A stretch of 64,000 nt of DNA from Candidatus Poribacteria bacterium (lineage in GTDB: Bacteria > Poribacteria > WGA-4E > PCPOR2b), in NCBI GenBank assembly GCA_965218095.1, contig OZ244587.1, positions 6,112,001 through 6,176,000 of the forward strand, read 5' to 3'. Position 1 is the stretch's first letter; every line of letters begins with the position of its first letter. This document shows, piece after piece, positions 18,679 to 28,028 of this stretch. Made by a program: the position numbers and the translations under genes. The notes below the pieces were generated by a model. That model was given only the letters and a program-made list of their open reading frames with translations, had not been told where the DNA came from and did no database searches.

Positions 18679-20318
18679 GAAGCTGCCTCCCCTAACACCT
18701 GCTTTATCTCTGCCATGATCTCGGCGATGCGCCGCTCTTTCTCTATGATGTCCGCCACCAACTGCTCTGGCGGCAGATGTTCCAACGCTTTCTGACTGTG
18801 AGGATTCTTAATGTCAAGGTTCGCAGAAACAAGCGTCCTGTCTCCGTCATATTTCAACACCTCATCAACCGAAACCTTCCACGCCCGTTCGTTTTCCTCA
18901 CGTTCTTCCCACCATTTGAGCATAGGCGCCAATTCTTCGTATTGAAGCGGCTTGGTCTTCGTGTAATTCTTCCGTCTATCCGGCAGCGGGTGTTCATAGT
19001 ACCAGATCTCCTTTGTTGGGCCGGAACGATCGAAAAAAAGCAGGTTCGTCGGGATGTTAGTGTAAGGGGCGAAGACGCCGTTGGGAAGGCGCACAATCGT
19101 GTGGAGATTAAACTGCGTCAACAGTTCCTCCTTGATGCAAGCGCAGACGCCATCGCCGAATAGGACGCCGTTCGGGACGACTACCGCCGCCCGTCCGCCG
19201 TTGACACTGCTGTACCCCGGTCGCTTCAGCTTCCGCATAATCAGTTGGAGAAACAAGAGCGCCGTCTCACTCGTCTGCTTGTCGGCGGGGAAGTTGCCCT
19301 GAATCCCTGTCTCCTCCTCCCCACCGAATGGGGGATTGGTGAGAACAATATCCACGCGGTCGTTGTCCCCGATTTGCATGATATTCGCCGCAAGACTATT
19401 CGTGGCGTGAATCTGCGGCGACTCAACGCCGTGCAGGAGCAGATTCATCTGACAGAGCAGATACGGCAGCGGTTTCGCTTCGCCGCCGAAGATGCTCCGC
19501 TGCTGCAAGATCTCCCGGTCTACGACGGTCTTGCACTGCTTCTCCAAATGCCCGTAGGCTTCCGCGAGAAATCCGCCCGTGCCGCAGGCGGGGTCGAGAA
19601 CTGTTTCGCCGAGATGTGGGCCCATCACCTCGACCATGAGCCGGACGACCGGACGCGGTGTGTAAAACTCGCCGGAATCTCCGGCAGCGTCGCGCATCTC
19701 CTTGAGCATTGACTCGTAGAGATGACCGAGCGTGTGGATCTCCTCGCTGCTTGTGAAGTGGATGTCGTTGACCTTGTTGATTACGTCACGCAGGAGATAG
19801 CCGTTAATCATCCGGTTGACCGTATCGTTAAAGACGGTCGCAATCACGTCGCGGCGATCGCCGCCGTTTTCGCTCTGCAAACCTTTCAGGTAGGCAAAGA
19901 GACCGGGACCGCGCCTACCATCGGGGCGCATTGCCTCATCGTTGTTGATAAATGCGATCAGGTCGTCGCCGGTGACCCCGTTTTCAACCGCCCAATCCCG
20001 CCAGCGGTAGGGCGGCTCTACCGCGGGGCGAAACGGGTTTCCTTCCAAAACGGCTTCCGCTTCACGAATCTGCTCCATGTCGTCGAGGAACTTGAGGAAC
20101 ATAATCCATGTTAGCATGGGCAGGCGGTCGAGGTCGCCAGAGAGTCCCTTGTCCTTCCGCATGATGTCCCGCGCCGATTTGATGAGGCTTGAAAGTTGTT
20201 GGGCGGTTGTCGGTGCGTTCTTGGTTTTGGCCATATTGATCAGTGTGAGTTGTTGTGGGCTTTCGTTTGGGGTTGTCATCGTCTGATCGCTGCCTTTTAA
20301 ACCTTGTATCTGGTTCAT
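18675..20318 (-). CDS. hsdM: Type I restriction-modification methyltransferase (true start may be MAKTKN near 20234)
   Basis: DIMRKDKGL, GEFYTPRPVV, DPACGTGGFL, NPPFGG. Confidence 0.95.
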   Translation of the reverse strand: MNQIQGLKGSDQTMTTPNESPQQLTLINMAKTKNAPTTAQQLSSLIKSARDIMRKDKGLSGDLDRLPMLTWIMFLKFLDDMEQIREAEAVLEGNPFRPAVEPPYRWRDWAVENGVTGDDLIAFINNDEAMRPDGRRGPGLFAYLKGLQSENGGDRRDVIATVFNDTVNRMINGYLLRDVINKVNDIHFTSSEEIHTLGHLYESMLKEMRDAAGDSGEFYTPRPVVRLMVEVMGPHLGETVLDPACGTGGFLAEAYGHLEKQCKTVVDREILQQRSIFGGEAKPLPYLLCQMNLLLHGVESPQIHATNSLAANIMQIGDNDRVDIVLTNPPFGGEEETGIQGNFPADKQTSETALLFLQLIMRKLKRPGYSSVNGGRAAVVVPNGVLFGDGVCACIKEELLTQFNLHTIVRLPNGVFAPYTNIPTNLLFFDRSGPTKEIWYYEHPLPDRRKNYTKTKPLQYEELAPMLKWWEEREENERAWKVSVDEVLKYDGDRTLVSANLDIKNPHSQKALEHLPPEQLVADIIEKERRIAEIMAEIKQVLGEAAS

Positions 20319-20889
20319 TTCTCATTGGTCATTGAATCTAAGGTTTGTCTGAATTCGTCAAGGTTTGATACCTGCACTGCCGAGCGGTGCAATTGCTTGA
20401 GGCTTTGCAAATCTTCGATGGTGCTTTTTCTTTCGCCTTGTAGAATGGCTCTTTCAGTGAAGTATTGGACAATGGATGATTCGTACATGGTTTCCTCCGA
20501 AATAATATTGATAATGGTTTGAGACTCATAAACTAACCCGCTGAGGATAGCCGGGTCAGTGAGAAAATTCGCCTTGCTGGGATGGTCTAGCGGCGGTCCA
20601 TCTGCGGTTTGAACACATCGCCGCAACCACTGTACGGCGACCATGCCTTCCGGCGGCTTCATCAGAGGCGCAAACGGTATCAATCCTACAAGCTGAGTGT
20701 CAAGAACCTTTTGCCCTTCGAACTCGATGAACCTCATCACTTTGTACTGGATAACGACACGGTATCCGAGTCGGTCTTGGATGTACTACCCCGGATCGGT
20801 CTGCCCAGCATCGGGACGAAGGTAGATAACGTTGGAATAGATGGGGAGTCCGTAGCTTTCAATTCCTCTGCCGAATCAAATTCTGCCAT
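20315..20889 (-). pseudogene. Rpn-family (recombination-promoting nuclease/putative transposase) relic inside the hsd operon
   Basis: PIYSNVIYLRP..YKVMRFIE..GLIPFAPLMKPP..EETMYESSIVQ; N-terminal nuclease region deleted or frameshifted; 20315-20740 stays open. Confidence 0.7.
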
Positions 20890-20996
20890 ATTGAGTCCCT
20901 TTGGTAATTTGGAATCACAGGACGGTTAAATTGTGGTGAGCCCCATTGAATATACCATATTCATGTCAAGAATGTCTATACATACGGAGTGGAATG

Positions 20997-23366
20997 CTAT
21001 GCCGCATACAACAAACGTTGGATTTGAACCACTACTTCTCTTAACTTAGCTGCCCCGCCGAAAAGATTCGAGATTTCGATGACATTTCCGTATTCAGAAA
21101 TTGGCGGCACCTTGAGTACATCAGGAATCGCAAATCCATCCGCGCCGTGTTCTGCGTACTTGTCCAGCAGTGCGTTAAGGATCGTTCTTGCTGTTTCGCC
21201 GTACTGATTGAAGAAATCTGTTTCCTTTCTCCGGAGTCGATTTGCACGCTCCCGCCGAGTCAACAACGGCGCGTTAAAGGCAACATAACAGAGCAGGTCG
21301 AAGAAGTCCGCCTCCGGCTGATTGGCGGCAGATGCCAGCACCGTGAAGCTGATACCATACTCGGCAAGCATGGAGACAATCTCCGCGCGCTGTACTGGAT
21401 TGGCCCACTTCTGTCGAAGATCCGTGTCCGAAGGGATGAGTGTACGCACCTTCTCGCCGGCGTAATCAGTGAATTTGACGATACGAAGCTGAACCCCATC
21501 TGCATCAAAATCATAAACCAGATGGAAAGCGATTTCCACATAACCGCCGTCGTAGTAGTATTTTCGAGGTTCAGCGGCGCGTTTTGAGTTTTCGTCTGCC
21601 TCGGCGACTTTGTCTCCATCGATCTGTTCAAGGGGCCGATATGAATCGTCCGGCCTTCCAGTTTCATCGATCCGTTCCTCGGATGCAGATTCTGACTCGC
21701 CATCGAATTCAGGGTCGGCAAACAGTTGTGTTGCGGAACCAGTGTAGTCGATGATGTTGAAGAAGAACTTTCCGTAGTCATCGCGCACACGAGTCCCTCT
21801 GCCGATAATCTGTTTGAATTCCGTCATTGAATTGATCACACGCACAATGACGACATTCTTGCAGGTGGGGACATCAACGCCGGTGGTAAGGAGCTTTGAC
21901 GTGGTCAGAATCGCAGGGATTTTCGTTTCCAGTTCCTGAAATCGGCTTAGATATGTCCGCCCGATGTCACCCTCGTCCGACGTAACGCGACAGACATAAT
22001 CGGGATACTGTTGTGTAAGGTCCGTGTTCAGATTGTTGATAGCACGGCGCATTTCATCGGCGTGTTCCTGATCGACGCAAAAAACAATCGTCTTGGCGAA
22101 ACAGTCTGTCCCCTTGAGGAAGTCAGTCAGATGACGGGCGATGGCCTCTGTGCGTGCTTTTAAGGCGACCATGCGCTCGAAATCAGGGGTGTGGTATTCC
22201 CCTTCAGGAATCTCCCGACCATAGCGGTCGAGTTCAGCTTTTGATGGCCGCCAACCGGTCGCATCCCACGTCGTGATTATGCGATGCACACGATAGGGAG
22301 CGAGGAAGCCATCCTCAATCCCCTGCTTGAGCGAGTAGGTGTAGATGGGGTCGCCGAAATAGGCATAGGTGTCCCGGTTATCCTCGCGCAAGGGCGTCGC
22401 GGTCATGCCAAGCTGATAGGCGGGTTCAAAGTATTCGAGGATCTCCCGCCAGTTGCTATCATCACGCGCACTACCGCGATGACACTCATCAATGATAATC
22501 AGGTCGAAAAAGTCGGGCGCGTAGTCCTTGTAGAGGCCGGGCCGGCGTTCATCTTTGGCGATTGCCTGATAAATGGCGAAGTAGATCTCGCGGCTCTTGT
22601 TAATCACGCCACCCTCAATCTTCCAGCGGGCGTCGCCGAAAACGGCAAACGTCCTGTCCTTGGGGCCATCAATGAGGATGTTGCGGTCAGAGAGATAGAG
22701 AATTTTCGGACGCCGGTATGCCCCGGCCCGATTCCAGCGAGACTGCCAGAGTTTCCAACAGATCTGGAATGCGACGAAGGTTTTGCCCGTGCCTGTCGCC
22801 ATCGTTATCAAGATACGGTGCTTTCCTTGCAGGATTGCACCGACGGTCCGGTTGATAGCGATTTCTTGATAGTAACGCGGCCTGAAGCCTGAAATGAGAT
22901 TGAAAGGCGTCAAAAGTTGCTGCGTCGTAGTTTCATCGGTCAGCCCTTCCGAAGATCGCAGCCGCGACCAGAGTTCATTTGGTTTTGGAAACGTCTCAAT
23001 TTCCCGCTCCAGACCGGTGATAAAATCAGACTCGACGATGCCCAGTCCGTTGGTCGCATACGCGAACTTCAGACCGAGAATCTCCGCATACTCCTTCGCC
23101 TGCTGCATGCCATCGCCCGGTAATTTGTAGTCCGCCTTTGCTTCCACGACAGCGATGGCGAAGTCACGGGTGTAGCGGAGCAGGTAATCGGAACGTTTCC
23201 TTTTTTCGCGTCTCGCTTTTTCGCCATCAACGACAATACGCCCATCCGTAAAAGTATCCTGCTCTGTGAAGATGTGTGGAGACTCATCCCAACCTGCCGC
23301 TCTGAGTTTCGGAACGATATAATCTCGACATGTTCTGGCTTCAGGCGTCATAGGACTACCCTTCAT
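20997..23366 (-). CDS. hsdR: Type I restriction endonuclease subunit R, EcoAI/EcoEI-like
   Basis: DYLL..VVEAK nuclease motif, RYYQ, MATGTGKT, DECHRG, LTTGVD, QIIGRGTR. Confidence 0.95.
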   Translation of the reverse strand: MKGSPMTPEARTCRDYIVPKLRAAGWDESPHIFTEQDTFTDGRIVVDGEKARREKRKRSDYLLRYTRDFAIAVVEAKADYKLPGDGMQQAKEYAEILGLKFAYATNGLGIVESDFITGLEREIETFPKPNELWSRLRSSEGLTDETTTQQLLTPFNLISGFRPRYYQEIAINRTVGAILQGKHRILITMATGTGKTFVAFQICWKLWQSRWNRAGAYRRPKILYLSDRNILIDGPKDRTFAVFGDARWKIEGGVINKSREIYFAIYQAIAKDERRPGLYKDYAPDFFDLIIIDECHRGSARDDSNWREILEYFEPAYQLGMTATPLREDNRDTYAYFGDPIYTYSLKQGIEDGFLAPYRVHRIITTWDATGWRPSKAELDRYGREIPEGEYHTPDFERMVALKARTEAIARHLTDFLKGTDCFAKTIVFCVDQEHADEMRRAINNLNTDLTQQYPDYVCRVTSDEGDIGRTYLSRFQELETKIPAILTTSKLLTTGVDVPTCKNVVIVRVINSMTEFKQIIGRGTRVRDDYGKFFFNIIDYTGSATQLFADPEFDGESESASEERIDETGRPDDSYRPLEQIDGDKVAEADENSKRAAEPRKYYYDGGYVEIAFHLVYDFDADGVQLRIVKFTDYAGEKVRTLIPSDTDLRQKWANPVQRAEIVSMLAEYGISFTVLASAANQPEADFFDLLCYVAFNAPLLTRRERANRLRRKETDFFNQYGETARTILNALLDKYAEHGADGFAIPDVLKVPPISEYGNVIEISNLFGGAAKLREVVVQIQRLLYAA

Positions 23367-23390
23367 CCGTCAATTGTCCAAAAAATGGGT

Positions 23391-24197
23391 TTACGAGGTG
23401 TGCTCTCTCACCCAATGCCTAAACAACGGTTTCACGTCATTGGGGAATGCGTCGTAAACGTCCGGCGGGATGGGCGGAACGTTGTTCTCCATTTTACCAG
23501 CTTCGTCTACAATGCGGGCGCGCTCATCCGAACCGGACATCAGCACATCCAGATTGAGCCACCACGGCGCGTAGCGCACCACCACTGAAGTCCGCGGTTG
23601 GTCGGTACGATTCGGTGCGGTTGCGTGCCACATACGGCTGTCCATCACCAGCACACTGCCCGCTGGGCCAATCGTCTGCATTTCGGTCGGGTAAGGCTTG
23701 GACGGATCGACGCCGTTGTTTCCGGTCGGGTTGTTGTTCGCCCGATGGCTGCCGGGGACGATGAAGGTACCCCCGTTTTCACGGGTGAACGGCGAGAGCA
23801 TCCACAGTGTCGTGAGATGCATCGTCACATCGAGATAGGGGGTGGGGATGTGACTGGCGTTGTTCTGATTGAAGGGCCAATCCCCGTGCCATCCACCACG
23901 CTGATTTCCCGGATAGTTGATTGTGGCAGTGGTGAAAGAGACCCGCACATGCTCGCCCAACAGCGCTTCGGCAAGACCTAGAATGCGTTGGTCCACTAGG
24001 TAGGGGGCGATCGATTGATCGTAGCGAATAAACCCCGGTACATGCCCGATGCCGCCGGGAGCGTTGGGGGCTCGATGCACAACAGTTGATTCTTCCACGC
24101 TCTCGCGCACGGCGCCGACCTCGTTTTCAGGAATGACCCCTTTGATAACACACCAGCCATCAATTTTCAGGTGCAGTAACGCTCGATTCAGATTCAT
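23391..24197 (-). CDS. Phytanoyl-CoA dioxygenase (PhyH) family protein
   Basis: WHGD, NGGTFIVPGSH, WHA..NRT..PR. Confidence 0.92.
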   Translation of the reverse strand: MNLNRALLHLKIDGWCVIKGVIPENEVGAVRESVEESTVVHRAPNAPGGIGHVPGFIRYDQSIAPYLVDQRILGLAEALLGEHVRVSFTTATINYPGNQRGGWHGDWPFNQNNASHIPTPYLDVTMHLTTLWMLSPFTRENGGTFIVPGSHRANNNPTGNNGVDPSKPYPTEMQTIGPAGSVLVMDSRMWHATAPNRTDQPRTSVVVRYAPWWLNLDVLMSGSDERARIVDEAGKMENNVPPIPPDVYDAFPNDVKPLFRHWVREHTS

Positions 24198-24209
24198 CGT
24201 GATTTTCTC

Positions 24210-25268
24210 CTACCAATTCGGTCGCCCAACATAGAGCCCACGATTGACCATCGGTAGCGGCACATGCACGCCGCCCAGACGGTGGGACTCGATCATCCCC
24301 ATGAGCATTTCCTGACTGCGGCGAGCAAGTTGAATCGGTCCCTGTGTTTCGCCCCCGGTGTCCAGCGCTTCAGCAACGTTTCTGATGCCCATCTCGGTGC
24401 CGCTTTTGCGGGGAACTTCAGGAAAAGGCATCTCCTCTAAGATTTGGGAAGAGTCCGCCGCCTTCCGTAATTGACAGGTCATACCGTTGTTGATCGTGCG
24501 CATTTTTCCCTTTGTTCCACATACCTCGAATTCGGGCCCTGTGCCTGCTGTGTTGTAGCCGTGGACGCCGTTGGAAAAACGAACGTAGCCGCCAGCGATG
24601 TCGGGGTCGGTGTTCAATCGATTTCCGTCCCAATCTTCGTCATTGCATATAATCGTGCCCTGAACGAAATCAATCTCTAAATCGCCTGCCATGTACAGCA
24701 GCATGTCGGCGGCGTGGGTCAATCCCCACAACGCAGCGCTGACGCCGTATTGGGCAATGACACACTGAACGTCACCAATCTCGCCTGCGTCAATCAACTC
24801 GCGCATCTTCCGATAAAATGGCATGAAACGCCGTTGCGTCCCGTAGTTGAACTTGACGCTGTTCCGCTCGACTGCCTCTACCATCGCATCAGCTTCCCCC
24901 ATTGAACAGCAGAGCGGCTTTTCGGCGTAGATGCCCTTGACCCCATGTTCGGCAGCGAAGATTGTCACCTCTGCGCGCTGTGGCGGGCGGGTGGCGATGC
25001 ACACGATATCCGGCTGTTCCTTTTCAATCATCTCACGGTAATCGGTGTAGACGTGTTGCGCGCCGTAGCGTTGGCGAGCGGCTTTCGCTTTCTCGGCAAT
25101 CACGTCCGACACCGCGACTAGATCCGTTCGATCGCACGCCACGGCTGCTGCTGCATGAGAAAATGGAATCCAGAGAAAACTCTCGGGACTTCCCTCCATT
25201 TCGTCGTCAATTGTGGCGCCCATGCGCCCACAGCCGATTAGACATGCCCGGTATTGTGTTGCCATCAT
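24210..25268 (-). CDS. Gfo/Idh/MocA family oxidoreductase
   Basis: IGCGRMG, EKPL, HAAD; ATG at 25268 after GAGGAG. Confidence 0.92.
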   Translation of the reverse strand: MMATQYRACLIGCGRMGATIDDEMEGSPESFLWIPFSHAAAAVACDRTDLVAVSDVIAEKAKAARQRYGAQHVYTDYREMIEKEQPDIVCIATRPPQRAEVTIFAAEHGVKGIYAEKPLCCSMGEADAMVEAVERNSVKFNYGTQRRFMPFYRKMRELIDAGEIGDVQCVIAQYGVSAALWGLTHAADMLLYMAGDLEIDFVQGTIICNDEDWDGNRLNTDPDIAGGYVRFSNGVHGYNTAGTGPEFEVCGTKGKMRTINNGMTCQLRKAADSSQILEEMPFPEVPRKSGTEMGIRNVAEALDTGGETQGPIQLARRSQEMLMGMIESHRLGGVHVPLPMVNRGLYVGRPNW

Positions 25269-25339
25269 TTTTCTCCTCTTGTTGGCTACTTGCTGTTTGG
25301 TCGTTGTCACGAGGAATTTTTTAGATAGTAACGCGTTGC

Positions 25340-26290
25340 CTACGCCCGCAATCCCGCTAAAATCGCCTCCGCCAATTCCATCGTCTTGATAGCCTCATCG
25401 AGATTCGCCGCAGGCAGTGAGATAGGACGATCCCATTTGATGCAATCGAGAAAGTAGCGGTTCTGTTCCTCTGTGCCGCCAGTGCCTGTGCTGCTCAACT
25501 CGTGCTGCCCTCCATCGCAGAAAACCGTTCCCCGCGACACACCTTCGAGATAGGCAGAAATATCACGCCCATGAATCTCGTACCGTTCCAGACGCGCATC
25601 GGTGGTGTAGTTGGCAATGAGGTGCGCGACGCAGCCGTTCTCGAATAGGATGAGGGCGCCGTGCACGTCTTTGTAATTCGAGATTGTGCGGCGTACGACG
25701 CTATGCACCTCCTCAACCTCTGCCCCTGCGATGGCACGAACGATGTCGAGTGCATGGATGGGCGTTTCGAGGAACAGATTATCCATAAGGTGTTCGGGGA
25801 ATCGACCTGATTTTATGAATCCGGTAACGCTTTTGTGAAACTCGCCGACCAATTGTGTCACAGCCCCCCGCGCTTCGACCATCTTTCGCGCCTGGACGAT
25901 GATGGAATGGAAGCGGCGATTCCAGCCGACCATCCCCTTAGCGCCCGTGCGGATGGCGGCATCACGCAAGGCAATTGTCTCTGCGACGCTTATCCCCGGC
26001 GGTTTCTCCAACAGGGTGTTGACCCCACGCTCCAGACACGGCAATGCCACTTGTCCGTTGAGATGTGCCGGCGTTGCGACAAACGTTGCATCAAGCGACT
26101 CGGCGTCTAACATCTCCTCAATACCAGCATAACGTCGTGCCACGCTGAATTCATCGCCTGCGGCATCCCGTGCCGCCTCCACCGGATCGCAAACGGCGGC
26201 CAATTCAACATCCTCAAACGCCTTGAGAACTCGTATATGTCCTCGACCTCGCCCACCACAGCCAATAATAGCGACTCTTAGTTTCGACAT
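25340..26290 (-). CDS. Gfo/Idh/MocA family oxidoreductase
   Basis: IGCGGRG, EKPP, WNRRF, IHALD. Confidence 0.93.
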   Translation of the reverse strand: MSKLRVAIIGCGGRGRGHIRVLKAFEDVELAAVCDPVEAARDAAGDEFSVARRYAGIEEMLDAESLDATFVATPAHLNGQVALPCLERGVNTLLEKPPGISVAETIALRDAAIRTGAKGMVGWNRRFHSIIVQARKMVEARGAVTQLVGEFHKSVTGFIKSGRFPEHLMDNLFLETPIHALDIVRAIAGAEVEEVHSVVRRTISNYKDVHGALILFENGCVAHLIANYTTDARLERYEIHGRDISAYLEGVSRGTVFCDGGQHELSSTGTGGTEEQNRYFLDCIKWDRPISLPAANLDEAIKTMELAEAILAGLRA

Positions 26291-26322
26291 GAATTTTCCT
26301 TCCGTCTAATCAGCCTACAATA

Positions 26323-26517
26323 TCAATTTATGCCTACTTTTCGTATGATGTTATCAAGGTGGAAGGATAAGAAGGAGGTTCGTTTCTTCCTTCCTAGATT
26401 TCCCTCAATCCCTGCTAAATGCGTAAAACACCCGACGTTGAATACTTCGCCCGAGTCATTCTCATAGAAGCGACCAACGACGTACCAGGCCAGACAACCC
26501 GCTAAAATCAAACACAC
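26323..26517 (-). CDS. Small hypothetical protein or gene remnant (64 aa)
   Basis: GTG preceded by TAAGGAGGT; promoter at 26578-26606; hydrophobic N-terminus. Confidence 0.35.
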   Translation of the reverse strand: MCLILAGCLAWYVVGRFYENDSGEVFNVGCFTHLAGIEGNLGRKKRTSFLSFHLDNIIRKVGIN

Positions 26518-26577
26518 TGGAACCTCCTTACTTCGGGTAAAGTATAAAATAGATATCAGGAGAATGACTGATTGCTG

Positions 26578-26606
26578 ATTCTACCACAACCTTTTTAATC
26601 AGTCAA
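26578..26606 (-). promoter_or_regulatory. sigma70 promoter
   Basis: TTGACT-17 nt-TAGAAT with TG extension. Confidence 0.6.
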
Positions 26607-26623
26607 TAATTTTTACAATCAAC

Positions 26624-26652
26624 AAAAAAAGTCGACCCGGAATGAGTCGGCC
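26624..26652 (-). terminator. Intrinsic terminator after the Rieske pseudogene
   Basis: ggccgactc-loop-gggtcgact followed by T run on the minus strand. Confidence 0.55.
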
Positions 26653-26697
26653 AATTATTGTGAATTGGTAATTAGCAGTGTCGCGTTTCTTCGCCCA

Positions 26698-27587
26698 TTA
26701 TTCATACAGGTCTACCGCTGTCTGCCCCTGCGCGAAATGTTGTGCGGTCTTCGCCGCGGAGTCGCTGCCTGTACGTTTGCGGACATCCGTTGTCCAGCGG
26801 GCAAGACCAACGATTAACTGGTTACGCGCGGGGTGTCCTTCGCACAGATTCCATTCGTCGAACACGGCACGCAAGGTGTGGAGAATATCCCAACCGTTAT
26901 CGTCCTTGAGGATACACTGTCCGATCTCAGATAAAAGACGCTCGCCAGAGAAACCTGCATTGAGGTACTGGCGGGTTTGCCTGCCAATTTCGTTGACTTG
27001 AATTGCTTCAATCATGTCAATGGTCTGCGCCAGTCCTGCGTCTTCGTATCTGCGTCCGACCTTCAGTCCGTTAATCAACCAAGCCACATCATGACCGCCT
27101 TCCGAACCATGTGAACTTGCGATGTGCCAACCCACATGCCGAAGGATAAGTTCCACAATCTCCTCTTCCAGCACACCGCCCTTGAGCAGCAAGGCAATCG
27201 CCTTCGACATCGTCCAGCGGTCTTTGCTCAACAAACCCTCCCAGAGCAGGCGGAGGTGTTCGTCTTTCCGTTTGTATGCAAAATCGCCAATCTTAATCCA
27301 GATTTCACCATTTCGGGTTTCGGCAGGGAACGTCTGCAAGTCGTCGCACTCGACATTGAAGCAGCCGCCTCCTTCCAGATCGAAACTCCGCTCGTGCCAA
27401 TCACAGGTGAGGATGCCGTTCGGACTACTCCTCACGTTAGTGGGTAGCCCATGTGCGGGCACTGATTGTCAGTCGCGTAGATTTTCCCGTTGACGTTGAA
27501 CAGCGTAATACTGCGCCCTTCACCCATCTGAACCGCTTTCGCTTCCCCTTCAGGAACCTCGCTCACATTTGCTTCTTGGGGCGCCAT
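26698..27587 (-). pseudogene. Rieske [2Fe-2S] domain protein with helical C-terminus, interrupted
   Basis: ATG 27587; DNQCPHMGYPLT*GVV (in-frame TGA near 27433) then a frameshift into NGILTCDWH (CxH..CxxH Rieske ligands). Confidence 0.8.
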
Positions 27588-27704
27588 AACTCACCTTTCC
27601 TTTCTGGTGATACACCGATTAACAAGTGTTACAATTATCCGACAAAAAAATCGCCCAAAATTGTTCGGGCAATTAGATATCCTTGATTCAAGTATAACGT
27701 AATA

Positions 27705-27733
27705 ATTATAACATAACAGACGTTAAGTATCAA
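27705..27733 (-). promoter_or_regulatory. sigma70 promoter towards the Rieske gene
   Basis: TTGATA-17 nt-TATAAT with TG extension. Confidence 0.65.
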
Positions 27734-27816
27734 GAAAAATTTCAAGGGAGATCGTGTAGAGATCGACACAGCCCTACACACAAACCCAAAAAATTGGACG
27801 TGATACCGCTTTTTCC

Positions 27817-27846
27817 TTGAATACTGTCTAAAAGCGGAAGTATAAT
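27817..27846 (+). promoter_or_regulatory. sigma70 promoter towards the IS and hybrid kinase
   Basis: TTGAAT-18 nt-TATAAT. Confidence 0.55.
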
Positions 27847-27963
27847 ATTGATGAACTTCGCAGTCGGAATGCAGCCTTTCATTGGAGAAACAATCATTTT
27901 AATTTTACGCTCTATCATTTAACTATCCTTATCCAGTTTCATAACGAATACTCTTGATTCAAC

Positions 27964-28005
27964 GGGGAGTCTGTCGAACTGGTTTTCGGCATTCCCCTTT
28001 TTTTT
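27964..28005 (+). terminator. Intrinsic terminator in the leader of the kinase operon
   Basis: ggggagtctgtcgaa-ctggtt-ttcggcattcccc followed by a T run. Confidence 0.65.
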
Positions 28006-28028
28006 GATACCAGATCCCGCAATTATAT

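Noticed and set aside
27425-27445. In-frame TGA in the Rieske gene as selenocysteine
   Set aside because: Not at a Cys ligand position (likely CGA to TGA) and followed immediately by a frameshift
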